A stretch of DNA of 64,000 nt from Octopus bimaculoides (taxonomy: Eukaryota). The stretch spans positions 100,686,672 through 100,750,671 of the forward strand of contig NC_068987.1 of NCBI RefSeq assembly GCF_001194135.2, written 5' to 3'. Shown piece by piece: positions 35,938 through 48,259 of the stretch. Under the pieces are notes generated by a model that had not been told where the DNA came from, did no database searches, and was given only the letters and a program-made list of their open reading frames with translations. A program made the translations under genes and the position numbers. Each line of letters begins with the position of its first letter. Position 1 is the stretch's first letter.

Positions 35938-37164
35938 ATATGATATGATATGATATATATATATATANNNNNNNNNNNNNNNNNNNNNNNNNNNNNNNNN
36001 NNNNNNNNNNNNNNNNNNNNNNNNNNNNNNNNNNNNNNNNNNNNNNNNNNNNNNNNNNNNNNNNNNNNNNNNNNNNNNNNNNNNNNNNNNNNNNNNNNNN
36101 NNNNNNNNNNNNNNNNNNNNNNNNNNNNNNNNNNNNNNNNNNNNNNNNNNNNNNNNNNNNNNNNNNNNNNNNNNNNNNNNNNNNNNNNNNNNNNNNNNNN
36201 NNNNNNNNNNNNNNNNNNNNNNNNNNNNNNNNNNNNNNNNNNNNNNNNNNNNNNNNNNNNNNNNNNNNNNNNNNNNNNNNNNNNNNNNNNNNNNNNNNNN
36301 NNNNNNNNNNNNNNNNNNNNNNNNNNNNNNNNNNNNNNNNNNNNNNNNNNNNNNNNNNNNNNNNNNNNNNNNNNNNNNNNNNNNNNNNNNNNNNNNNNNN
36401 NNNNNNNNNNNNNNNNNNNNNNNNNNNNNNNNNNNNNNNNNNNNNNNNNNNNNNNNNNNNNNNNNNNNNNNNNNNNNNNNNNNNNNNNNNNNNNNNNNNN
36501 NNNNNNNNNNNNNNNNNNNNNNNNNNNNNNNNNNNNNNNNNNNNNNNNNNNNNNNNNNNNNNNNNNNNNNNNNNNNNNNNNNNNNNNNNNNNNNNNNATA
36601 TATATATATATATATACATATATATGTGCATTTATTTCCTGACTTATGAATTTTTGGGCGGCTTACACGCACACGTACACTTCTATTAATGTGTATGTGA
36701 GTGTGTAGCCATGTTTTGGTCCTGATTGAGTACACTGATGCTCAAAGTCTTTCATTCATGATCATTTCACCTTTTCATTTAAATTGTAGAATATCATAGG
36801 ACTATAGTGTATAATGCGTCCTTTCTATTTTGAAAGGCCGAGTGTGATTTCGGATAGAGTTGGCTAAGTTTTCATAGCAGGTAGGAAGATTATTTTGAGG
36901 TTCATCTTCTTGAGTGCGACTAGAAAATAGAATCTGAGTGTTTAGAATAACAAGAAGAAATATTATTAACAAAATATAAAGTTGACAATATGTTGAGACA
37001 GACTGGTCAAGAAAGAAAGAAAAGAAAATATGCATAAAGCTAAAGAATCTGGTCAAAGATATGACGAGCAAACCAGCTTTGAAATTGACAGGTTTCTAAA
37101 AATAGGGTTCAATGTGTAGAGGAAAGAAGAAATAAGTATGTTTAGGTCATCAAAATAGCAAGAA

Positions 37165-37236
37165 TATAAAAGAGAGAAAGAAAGAGAGAGGAGGAGAGAG
37201 GGGAAGAGCGAGCGAGAGAAACAGACACACAGAAGG

Positions 37237-37275
<39 letters not shown>

Positions 37276-37310
37276 GGAGAGAGAACATACTGGCAAAGAG
37301 AGAGAAGAAG
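37165..37310. repeat. (GA)-rich low-complexity / microsatellite tract
   Basis: Directly visible. Confidence 0.9.
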
Positions 37311-38631
37311 GAGGTGAATGGGAGTGAAAGGGGGAGAGAGATCTTGTAGAATTAAGAAAGATTGTATAAATATGAAAGAGAGAGATAGTCTCGAATGCCA
37401 CAGCTTGATACAAAGACGACTACGTATGGTTTTAATGGACAGTTTGTTGCATCAGTGTTTAGTTGTAAATTAATTAATAAATACCTAATAAAATATATTA
37501 TTATTACGATATAATAACTCATTAAAAATTAATAATACTGTTTATATATCTTTTTAATTATCACAATGACTATAACACGGGGTAAATAATTAAAATTATG
37601 GTAATGTTTAGTACTGAAGCTACTAGTATTTATTGAAATTGATTTTTATCGTAATCCGGAAGCTATGTTGGAAAGGAACTGTTGAAAATGTAGACGTCGA
37701 TAGTTATCTGACTGTTAATTGTTATATGAAATCCTGAAAGGAATAAAAGTTTCGGTGAGTATTGTTAAATACGAAATCAAGTAGTAAAGTCATAAATAAA
37801 TAACACAAAGCATTTTTTTCCAGCATTGTAAATATTTGATAACCAATACAATATATATTTGTTAACATCAATCAGTCATGCCCATCAGGATAAATGCCCT
37901 CCTTCGTCTGACTAAATGGCGAAGGAAAATTTTTCTTTCTGGTACCTATAAAAGCCTGCAGCCTTTTACAGACAAGGAACCTATAGCAGTTAAGCAGACT
38001 CAAAATATACCTGCATGTCAGTAGCCAGTGCATATCTAACCCGCTATGTATGTGTTTGAAAGAGATGACAAATTAGCTGTGGAGAAGCTTTTCATCGTTA
38101 GTAGTTCACTCATTGACTTTTAAACAATTTACTTGACAGGGCGGAAAAAGTGTTCCGTCCCCGAGAGAATTGATGGAATGATATCTTAGACTAGCTAAGA
38201 CATATATGAGCCTGGAAAGCATTGGACAACAGAATTTAGTATGACATGTATACATGTATTTCATGATGCTTCCTTTTAATTTTTCTGTATAAATCCTCAC
38301 TCTTTGAACTGGCTTTGTAATTTTCCCTCTAATCTGTTGCTTATGTGGCGAATAGCAGATATCGTTGTTGTTGTTGTTGTTGTTGTTATTGTAGTTTATA
38401 TAATTATTATTAACCATGGTATGGACGAATGAGTTACATTCGGAGTCAATGTCCTTGGTAAGGAGTGACAAACATGTTTTCTTTAGACATCGAGAACATT
38501 TCTCACAATCCTTGCTGTTCTCAATGGAGCAGGTTTCTGATTCAATGTAATTCTCGTAGTTACATCAATCTCAATGAGGAAACTGTAAGTCTGTTAGTGA
38601 CGTTACCTACTGCACCTATAACAGTGGAAAT

Positions 38632-38635
38632 TTAT

Positions 38636-38700
<65 letters not shown>
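38632..38700. repeat. (TAA)n microsatellite
   Basis: Directly visible. Confidence 0.97.
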
Positions 38701-38702
<2 letters not shown>

Positions 38703-38978
38703 GCTGAAGTTCAAAAAGATAGTGCTCATGGGAACTGCCCATATCCTACGTAAAATACTGTCTATGTGATCTCAAATTTTAAAGCAAACATAATTTTCTT
38801 GTGGTTTCTTAAACATTCACTTGAACAAAACTGTACAAATCCAAATATAAGGTACCCTAGGCATAACACCTACATGAACTTCTAACTTGTTGTCTCTTGA
38901 GGTCTCTGGGTGAGACTTGGATCCAACTTGTACAAATGCAAAACAAAAGTCAAACATAAAATAATAATAATAATAATA
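38701..38978 (+). mobile_element. R4/Dong-type non-LTR retrotransposon, extreme 3' end (piece A)
   Basis: AEVQKIVLMGTAHILRKILSM* (typical RLE-element C-terminus), then a 3' UTR ending in (TAA)n. Flanked by (TAA)n on both sides. Confidence 0.8.
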
Positions 38979-39058
38979 GTTGTTGCTGTTGTTATTATTA
39001 TTATTACTGTTGATGTTGTTATTGTTATTATTATTATTATTGTTGTTGTTGTTGTTGC

Positions 39059-39093
<35 letters not shown>
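38979..39093. repeat. Mixed (GTT)/(ATT)n trinucleotide tract
   Basis: Directly visible. Confidence 0.9.
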
Positions 39094-40240
39094 GTCAAAC
39101 TATTTGTCTGTAAGTATGAGATTATAGAGGACCACGCTGACTTTGAACGTTGACAATGAATCTCTAAATGCTGGAGATGTAAGAATTGCATGTGGCATTT
39201 ACCAGGGTGACTCACTATCACCACTCCTCTTCTGTCTAACCCTAATACTTCTCTCAAAATTGCTCAATGATGCACAGTATGGTTATAAAATATTTGATAA
39301 AAAATATAAATCATCTCATTTACATGGATGATTTAAAGCTCTTTGCAAAAAATGACCAACAACTCAACGGCTTACTAGCGATTGTTATACAATTCAGTGA
39401 TGACATCGGGATGCAAATTGGCCTCTAAAAATGTACAACAGCTACCTTTATCAAACGAAAATTAACAGAAACATTTAACGTTGACATTGTCCAACATAAT
39501 GTCATAAAAGTGTTAGAACCAACGGAGAGATACAAATACCTAGGGGTAATTGAAGGGGACGGAATCAAACATGCAGTGATGAAGGAAAAGATCAGAAGGC
39601 AATGTTATCGTAGAGTGAGAGCAATACTGAAGACAGAGCTCAATGCAAGAAACAGGATCGAAGCAATCAATGCTTTAGCCATACCAGTCATGACTTACAG
39701 TTTCAACACCATTAACTGGTCAATTACTGAAATATGTAATATTGACAGAAAAATACGAAACCTATTGACAATGTATCGAATGCACCATCCTAAGGTAGAT
39801 ATAGAATAACTGTATCTGCCAAAAAAAGAGGGAGGCCGTGGACTTTTACAACTGGCATTAACAATGAAGATTGCCACAATTGGCCAGACACCTATCTGAA
39901 AAACTCCCAGAGCTGAATGTTAAACCTTGTCTCAAAACATGAAAGCAAGAAAGCATTACACTCAGTAGCAAAGCAAGCAATGGTATATTTAAGTGAATTC
40001 TGAATACAACAAATTCCAGAATTAGACGCATTAGGAACAATCGCAGAAAAATCTAAGCGCATGAAAATCCATGCTAAAACTGCTGCCTTAGATATTCTGA
40101 TTGATAAATGGCAAATAAAATCTCTCAATGGCAAATACCCAAAGAGAGCAAATAACGTCGATGTTGATAAAACCCTTACCCATCAATGGCTAATGGCTTC
40201 GGCGTAAAATCAGAAACAAAAGGGATTATCATAGTAGGCC
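39094..40240 (+). mobile_element. R4/Dong-type retrotransposon RT and thumb fragment (piece B)
   Basis: GIYQGDSLSPLLFCL, YMDDLKL (39321), YKYLG, ILKTELNARNRIEAINALAIPV, HHPK...LYLPKKEGGRGL. Stops and frameshifts present; ends at the (G)LKSET.G.II motif. Confidence 0.9.
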
Positions 40241-40259
40241 GATTATTATTATTATTATT

Positions 40260-40702
40260 CAGTAGTTTTATTTTTATAACGTGCTTTCGCTTCACTACCA
40301 AGCGCAGCTCTGTGTAAGTCCTGGTGTTTTTGTTATGTATTTGTCTGAATATTTTTTATTATACCTAAGGCACCTACTATGATAGGAATTGTTTCTGTTT
40401 TTAGATTTCACATTCGAGTTACCTCTATTTCCAGGTTTTGTATTTTAAAAGTGTTTCCATTTCTTTTAGGGAAACGTTGTCATCTGCTGGTCTTGATACA
40501 TCAATTAGAGGGCATTGTTTTCTTCATGATCTTTGACAACTATATCTGGTCTATTTTCCTTAATTTCTCTATCTGTGTGTATTGGCATATCCCAGAGTAT
40601 GGTTGCTTTCTCGTTTTCTGTGACCTTTTCTGGCATGTGTTTATACCATCTTTTTTTCTGTTGTTATTCCATACTGTTGGCATAGCTTCCAGTGTATATA
40701 GG
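40260..40702 (-). mobile_element. R4/Dong-type retrotransposon 3' fragment with restriction-like endonuclease (piece C)
   Basis: YIHWKLCQQYGITTEKRWYKHMPEKVTENEKATILWDMPIHTDREIKENRPDIVV..(fs)IDVS (PD-D motif). The 3' end runs into (TAA)n at 40243-40259. Confidence 0.9.
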
Positions 40703-40703
40703 T

Positions 40704-40711
40704 TATTATTA

Positions 40712-40768
<57 letters not shown>
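40704..40768. repeat. (TTA)n microsatellite
   Basis: Directly visible. Confidence 0.97.
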
Positions 40769-41178
40769 GGCGCAGGAGTGGCTGTGCGGCAAGTAGCTTG
40801 CTTTCGAACTACATGGTTACGGGTTCAATCCCACTGCGTGGCACCTTGTGCAAGTGTCGTCTTCTACAGCCTGAGGCCGACCAAAACCTTTTGAGTGGAT
40901 TTGATAGAGGGAAACTAAAAGAATCCCGTCGTATGTATTTATGCATGCGTGTACATGTTTGTGTGTCTGTGTTTGTCCCCCCAACATCGCTTGACAAACG
41001 TTGCTGGTGTGTTTACGTCTTCCTAACTTAGCGCTTCGGCAAAAGAGACTGATAGAATAAGTACTAGGCTTACAAAGAAGAAGTTCTGTGGTCGATTTGC
41101 TCTAGTAAAAAGGCGGTGCTCCAGCATGTCCACAGTCAATTGACTGAAACAAGTAAAATAGTAAAAAAGTAAAAGAGA
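40769..41178 (+). mobile_element. Full-length tRNA-derived SINE, family A
   Basis: GGCGCAGGAGTGGCTGTGCGG head (A-box-like), GGTTCAATCCC B-box at about 40822, central (TG)-rich tract, tail GACTGAAACAAGTAAAA...GTAAAAGAG. Inserted within (TTA)n. Confidence 0.92.
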
Positions 41179-41243
41179 TTATTATTATTATTATTATCAT
41201 CATTCTCAACATCATCATCATCATCATCATTATTATTATTATT

Positions 41244-42295
41244 CCTTCCTAAAACAGTGCAGGTTAAAATGCACCGGAGTCTTTAGTCATCTGTCAAATC
41301 ACAGAAATGATTTTAGACAGATAATACTTTCCTTACGATGTGCTTTGTGCCCAATAAGGCTTCTTTCTGCAAGATATCAATCTTGCACGGGATTTCCAGT
41401 TGCGTTAAGAGCTCTTGAAGTTTCAGTGTGATTGAGCCAACGAACCGATCCCCACTGTTGTCACTTTTACGTTACCCTCTCGCATTCCATACAGTTTTGG
41501 CATTTCCACTTTCGATTCCGAGGAATTAGTGGTATTTTCAACCTCTTTACTCACAACTTTCATATCATTGGGTATGGATACATCAATGACCTGACAGTAT
41601 TTGTCTCTCTTACTCAATATGACAATATCCGGCCGACGGATATTCTGTCTGAATATCATAGTCCCAGAGTATCGTTACCTTTCCTTCCTCCTTGTTACAA
41701 GCTTATACCTGTTCGCTGTTACTTCATTTTGATATTTACGACATAAGAGCCGATGAAGATACACATTTTATCGTGGCGGCATTTGTATTCTTTTGGTGCA
41801 AGGCTCTCACATACACTTATTTATGCACATGTGGGTCACATTTTCCGCACTCTTTTCACAGAGTTTGCATTTCTTGATGTCAGAAGTTTTATAGATTTTC
41901 TTCTTCACTGAATCGGTAGTGAAACCCTGGTCTTGTGCAACAATGATCGATGGTACGCTTCAAATCACCTGGCTCAATCCATGCCAACAATGCTGTATTA
42001 TCCTTAACGTCTTGGGTATTCCTTTCAAACTCTTCATGCATTTTCATTTCAAGAAGATTTTTTTTCCTCTTCTCCTCAACTCTTTCGTTAAGCTCTTCCT
42101 TGCCCATCATTTCATCTGCAGTTAAACTTATATCTTTCGCGACATATGGCAGCAGGTCTTCATCACTATTTATAAAAGACAGAAAATTTACAGATTTGTT
42201 AGAACATCGGATTGAAATCTTCGCATTATTTATACCCATTTTCTCTAGTTTGAATTTGACTACAATCTTGTCAGTGCTACCTTACATCTAATCGA
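41244..42295 (-). mobile_element. R4/Dong-type retrotransposon 3' kilobase, different subfamily (piece D)
   Basis: CCHC-type knuckle start CKLCEKSAENVTH near 41830-41865, KEYKCRHD, RRPDIVILSKRDKYCQVIDVSIPND (RLE). The 3' end abuts (TTA/TCA)n at 41179-41243. Confidence 0.88.
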
Positions 42296-42394
42296 CAACG
42301 TAAAGCTACTGTTAGATACTAAAGTTCATAATATCAACTAATTCCGTCACCTCAAAATTGTTTGATGATAGGCTCACAATTCACAAGGACCACA

Positions 42395-42835
42395 TTCACG
42401 GTTCAGTTCCATTGTGTAGTCATTTGGTCAAGTGTCGCCCACTCTCGCTTCAGGCCGACCAAGCCATTGTGAGTGAATTTTGTCGACGAGAACTGAAAGT
42501 AGCCCTTCGAGCCTATATGTGTGTGTCTCACTGTCTGTCTCTATGTCTGTGTGTGTGTGTGTGTGTCTCACTGTCTGTCTCTATGTCTGTGTGTGTGTGT
42601 GTGTGTCTCTGTGTGTGTGTCTTTCTATTTGTCTACCACCAATACTTGCCAACCGGATTTTTCGTATTTATGTCCTCGTAACCTAGCTGTTCAACAAAAG
42701 AGAACGATAGGATATGTTCCACGTTGAAATCAACGTATTAGGGTCGATTCATTCGACTAGAAAGTGAACGCCATACCCCAGCATGTCCGCAGTCTAGTTA
42801 CTGAAACAAGTTAAAGATAACAGAAAAGATAAAAG
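42395..42835 (+). mobile_element. SINE family A, diverged copy with an internal 40-bp duplication
   Basis: GGTTCAGTTCC B-box, CAGGCCGACCAAGCC..TGTGAGTG, GGGTCGATTCATTCGACTA, CAGCATGTCCGCAGTC, CTGAAACAAG tail. Confidence 0.85.
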
Positions 42836-43899
42836 ATATCTTTAATTACTGCATAAGTTTGGAATAAATACCGCTCAATGAGGTGTTCAATTGATAACTG
42901 AACCTATGCCGAAGTCGGCTTTATCTGGTATCATACATAGACTAGTTGGTGGAAGTGTTCAATAAATTCATTATCCTTGAAGACAGAAGAACCCGTCATT
43001 TCTGTCACTTACTCTTCTTAAGAAGGAAGAAGAGAGAGGTGGGCGAACGAAGTACGGCTACTGTAGGTTCCGTCAAATGAATTAACATGACAAAAAAGGG
43101 AAAGATTGTTCAGGAAAAGCAGATAGGGGGGTAGTCTGAATTCTTCAGTGTGGAAATCAAAGAGAGTGAAAGATAGAACGAGGGAAGGAGAGAAGAATGT
43201 GATAGCGCTGGAGTAGACTGACAACCGGACGAGTAAACAGAGTTCAGTAATCCAGAGATTAAGTACCGGTAGAGTAGCAGATATATAACTTACAACAAAG
43301 TAACGTTTGTATAGTAACTAATTGCCTAATTTCTACTGAAAACATTGTTGATTAGTTTTTTGCGTTATAAATAATTATAATAATGGAAGTAGATTTAAAC
43401 TTAAATAGACGCCCCTGATGAACCAATTTTTGTATGGATAATTTAAATAAGATTATAATGTAAAGTAAGTGATTGATCTCATTCAAACGTTTGAATCTGT
43501 GTTGGAGATAAAACCATGGATTTTAACATACAAAATATGTTATAACAACAATGATAAACGTAATACCGTACGCAACAGAGAAACGGAGGAGCGGTTTGAT
43601 ATTAAGAGTAAACATATTTAAATTCTTTAAAAAATTCTATTCATTATTAGAAAAAACACACACACAAGATGAACATGCTTAACATAACACACACGAGTGT
43701 TAAAATCGAAACTCAATCTCCAAATTCTTAATGATTCAATTAATCAAGAGACCGATTCAGGCTTACAATATAGTACATATATTATTAGATGTTAAATGCA
43801 GAAACAGAGATGTTAGATATATATGTCAGATACGAAAATTGGCACGGAATTCAGTTCTGGGAAAAAAAAGAGAATTCCAAGATTAAGAGGGGGAAATTA

Positions 43900-44080
43900 A
43901 TGAAAACCAGTATAATCATGTTAGATGTATAGAGATAAGAGAATTAGACCAAACACAGACGTACAAATACTTAGGAATCGATAAACTAGGCAGAGGTCAG
44001 GATAAATCAGGACTACATAACATCATAGAAAGAATAAAGGGAAACTGATTCTAACAGGAACAAAACACTGGGAATATAAA
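43900..44080 (+). mobile_element. Old R4/Dong-like RT thumb fragment
   Basis: IRELDQTQTYKYLGID, then a decayed ...TDSNRNKTLGI comparable to piece B (TELNARNRIEAI). Confidence 0.5.
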
Positions 44081-44419
44081 AATGTTCTCTTTTCAAAGAC
44101 GTTAGCATACAAAAGGAGGCAGCGTGAGAGTTGTGAAAGGGGTGGAAGAAAAACGTTAAATATACGATTAAGAAAATTAAAAGTAAATTGAAAATGACAT
44201 GACAAGATATCATAGTAAAATGTAGGCAAAGAAAAAAATGACCAATTACTTATTCAACAGATCGTAGTGAATATTGATGAAGAAAAAAGGAACTCGGTAC
44301 CATCTGAGGAGTGAAGAAACGAAAGCGAAGAGAGGGAGAGAAAAGAGTCATTGATTTCTTCACAAGACAAAAACTTTCTCACTAAAAAAAAAAAAATAAA
44401 GATACAAGAGACCTACACA

Positions 44420-46435
44420 AAAAGCTGCTCAAAATGCTGCTCGTGCCAAACACATACGTTGTTGTACTTTATTGTATAGCAGTAAAAACACTGAGTGCAA
44501 ATAAGATTAATGATATTAGAAAAGTATTTTTTCTGATATAGGTAAAACATTAAAAATTTATCGACTGTATTCACGGACAAACTGGACTCCTGTACGCCTC
44601 TATGACAAACGTAGGAAGATTGAAAGCAAATTTTTTTCTCCACATGTTTCGAAATTAGGATATAGAGAGATGGAATATATATCACAAATTTGTGTTTCAT
44701 TCGGGTCGAATTAGGTAGGACTCTGGATACTAAAAGCTGAATGCGTCTTTCCGATGCATCAAGCATTTAGAGAATGGTTTCTTATAGCTATGTTGGTATT
44801 AGTGGAGCAGGTTGTGATAGTAGTGTATGTGTTGAGAATTGTAGTTCTGGAGGGGTTGCTATTTCTGTAGGTGTGTTTGTGGTTGTTGCAGGCGTGTTTC
44901 GTATGTTTATTGATATGTGTGATTTGGTGTGCGGCATGATGTTCCATGCTTTCATTTTTTTTCTTAGTTTCTCGGGTTCACCCTCATTTTACTGCGTGAG
45001 GAAGAGGCATCACTCTCTGTGGAATCGGTAAGCGAGTGTATGTATTTATTTGCGTTTAGAAGAGATGGAGAGAAGGAGGAAGAGGGAGAGCTTCTCTGGA
45101 AGGGCTCCCGCTGTTGTGTACCCCTTCTAACTATTCTTTCTACTGTTGAATATGGTGGTGGTGGTGGTGTGTGTGGTTGGGGGCTAATGCATCTGCTGTT
45201 GTTGTTACTGGTGTTAGTGTTCCTCCAGCATTTGCTAATGTTGCTGTTCCTATTGATGATGATGTTGCCGCAGTTGGCGCTGACTTTCCGATTGTTTGTT
45301 GGTGGTTCAATTGTTACATTTGTGGACTTGGTGTTGGCACTAAAGGAATTCTATAGGTTTTTGTCTAATGTGGTGGGTAAAATGTTTCCATGTAACAAGT
45401 TTCCCCCTATAGGTGACTTCGCGGCAAGTAGACTTCTATCCTCAACCATAACATGCAGATCTTCCCTACCCGGAAGGTGAATTACGCCTGTGAACTTATG
45501 GATCGTGCCTGCTTTTATATGGAATAGCATTTCCACACTGATATCACAACGGGTCTACTTCACCTCAACGAAGCTGATACTCCCTTGTAATACCATACAC
45601 GGTAAAGTCCACCATAAATTTAACTCACGTGGATTTCCTGAAATTTTCATTCTTACTGTTCTACTTCTTACTACATATGACGGAATGTTTGGCAGTTAGA
45701 GTTTTAGTCTTGAAGAGTATTGAAATGGACACAAACTCCTTGGCTCTTGAGGTCGGTTATTATCTCTTTCAGAGCACATTCCACACCCGTCTGACTAAAC
45801 ATTTCAGCCCGCATTTTACCTATGGAAACACATTTATAAATTACGTATTTTTTGTGTGATTATGCGAATACCTCAGAGCAGATGGTTATGTCAGCACACG
45901 ATTTGTCCAGCCCTAATCAATTTGGCCGCTTAGACATGTGTCTTTTTGCAGTAAATTTATCCTGCATAGATCTGTGCCTTTCTCAAATGGTGCTGCGAGT
46001 ATTTTGTTATTATAGTTGTTGACGTCCTTATTATTCACAATGTAAACATTGTTGCCGTTTAAGATATCGAGGCTCTAGATTTTTGTTGTTTCGTTTCTTT
46101 TTTATGTTGTTTAATTATCAATGATTAATTATCAATGATTAATTATTGTTATTCGAGTGATGGTGATAGTGATGGTGGTGGCACTTTTCGCACTTTTATT
46201 GCAGTTGCTGTTGGCTCAAAAATCTGTTTCATATTTGGAATATGATTCCCATACTGAGTTTTCCTTATTGTTACTGTTACTGTTTTGTTTTCATAGTTTG
46301 AGTGTGGTTCACTGTACGTTGATCGACTTCTATTTCAGAGTAGAAGTCGCAGGGCTCTAACGTCTGTTGCAACTCACTATCAAAGCTATCTCTTACTTCC
46401 TTCTCCATGTCTGTTAGCAGAGTGGACGACGCCAT
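44420..46435 (-). pseudogene. Decayed ORF1-like region, probably of an L1/Tx1-type LINE
   Basis: ATG at 46435 opens MASSTLLTDMEKEVRDSFDSELQQ (52 aa to a stop). Downstream interrupted frames give PSYVVRSRTVRMKISGNPRELNLWW and VIHLPGREDLHVMVEDR, then a T/A/P-rich low-complexity segment. This layout resembles L1/Tx1 ORF1 proteins as I recall them. Family call is inference. Confidence 0.4.
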
Positions 46436-46633
46436 AATCATTTAAAAAATTGTTACCCCCACCACGAATGTTCTTTTCGGAATTAAGCTCTCAAAGGAGC
46501 ACAAACAAACAGAGTAATCTATGCATTGGTGATAGTTTCAACAGAGTTATGGAAGAAAATAATTAATTAAAAATTTTTGTTGACGTAGATTAAAACAATA
46601 AATTTATGAGCCTAAAGAGGGTTTCGTCAGCTA

Positions 46634-46634
46634 G

Positions 46635-46694
<60 letters not shown>

Positions 46695-46857
46695 AATAAT
46701 ACATTACAAGCAGCAGCAGCAGAAGAAGAAGAAGAAGAAGAAGAAGAAGAAGAGCAAAAGAAGAAGAAGAAGAAGATGATGATGATGATGATGAGGATGA
46801 TGATGATGATGAATACGACGACAACGAAGCTTATGATGATGATGATGATGATGATGT
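46634..46857. repeat. Compound trinucleotide microsatellite (TAA)-(GCA)-(GAA)-(GAT)-(GAC)
   Basis: Directly visible. Confidence 0.95.
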
Positions 46858-48259
46858 ACGCCAGGTGACTTGTACTCGTTAAATTTGCTTCACTCAAAAT
46901 CTTGAATTCATATTGAATAATATCGACGTCCTCGATTTTTGCTGTCCACTCCGCTGCATTGCGATCGTGCATATATGACGGCATGTCTCTTCTCTGTCCT
47001 AGTAGTACAATATATAATTCCTGTCGAGTATGACAGTTTGTTACTGTTGCTACTGTACAGAATATCTTGATTGGTGAAATCATTCATGCGATAAACACGT
47101 TGAATGGAAAATTATTTTACCGATTACCATGAAATGCGAGAAAGTGTTTGTCTTGACAGATTGTGAATTATCTTCCTAGAAATGGTCACATTTTATGTCA
47201 CACATACGGGTTGTAGAGCAGAGAGATACTAATATTAGGATTAGGTATACTGTGCTTTGTGAGGTTACATGCTAGATGTAGTGGTTACATGCGTGTATAA
47301 TTAAATTTTTCTTGAGAAATTTGTTTTTATACCGGCAAATTTACATATTATCTCTCTTTCTCTTTTTCTTTCTAACCATGCGTGAAATCTTCGAAGTAAA
47401 TTGTATTAGAATATGCTGTTGCGGTTTGAAAAGTTCCCTTTAAATGCATATTGAACAGAATAAACTTAAGTGCTTCACATGGAATGAAGTTAAGACGTAT
47501 ATAGAACTCACAGAAAATACATTCAAAATAATTAACCCATAATACACATAATTCAAAATTAATGAAAGATATATTCCCTAAAAACCAAATTATTTAAATC
47601 ATTTTGGAAATTGATAACTGAATTAAAATCATTCGCTTCTGCTGGAGCATCTCAGAACAGATGCCCACCACACCAATAATATTTGATGTAATATTTTTTC
47701 AGTTTTGCTTAATTTACATGTCTATATTTACCTGCAAAGTAACCAACATATACAATACTGGAGAGGTGTAGGTTCTAGCTGAGCTTCACGTGTTACTTTT
47801 TAGGACAATATACCTTCAATATTTCATGTATAAAATAAACAGAACCACAGGTACTGGTTTTGTTACACGAAGTAGCACGTCAAATTATCTCTGCTTAACG
47901 TCGACACCTACTTGTGAATATTAAGAACATAAGCCGAAGTTGTATTTTAATAGTTTGCTGAAAATATGTTGTTTCGGTTGGACACATTATATTCTCTGTA
48001 GAACAAACATATTTTAGGCATATTCAAATGTTAGATACATTTAACATGATTTCATATGACGAAATGCTTCTGAATAATTTCACGTCCTTTGGCGCACTAA
48101 ACAAACCATAGAAACGTTCAATTTAAAATATTTAACAATATATGCAAGCGTGTGGGTGTGTGTAAACAAAAATATTCTTTTTTTTTTTCCTTTGCACCCA
48201 AAGGCTATGTCCATGTTAGGGCACTACCAATGTTATTAGATTTTCAATAGGCATTGTCT

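Noticed and set aside
38011-38103. Minus-strand 66-nt exon with a TACTAAC branch point
   Set aside because: Stops in all three frames; TACTAAC is expected several times by chance in this window.
40769-40845. tRNA gene
   Set aside because: It has A/B-box-like motifs only, no complete cloverleaf, and it continues into a SINE body repeated elsewhere in the window.
42956-43297. Second LTR-like segment (TGT...TTACAACA, purine-rich)
   Set aside because: No matching TSD for any TG start I tried, so the boundaries are unsupported.
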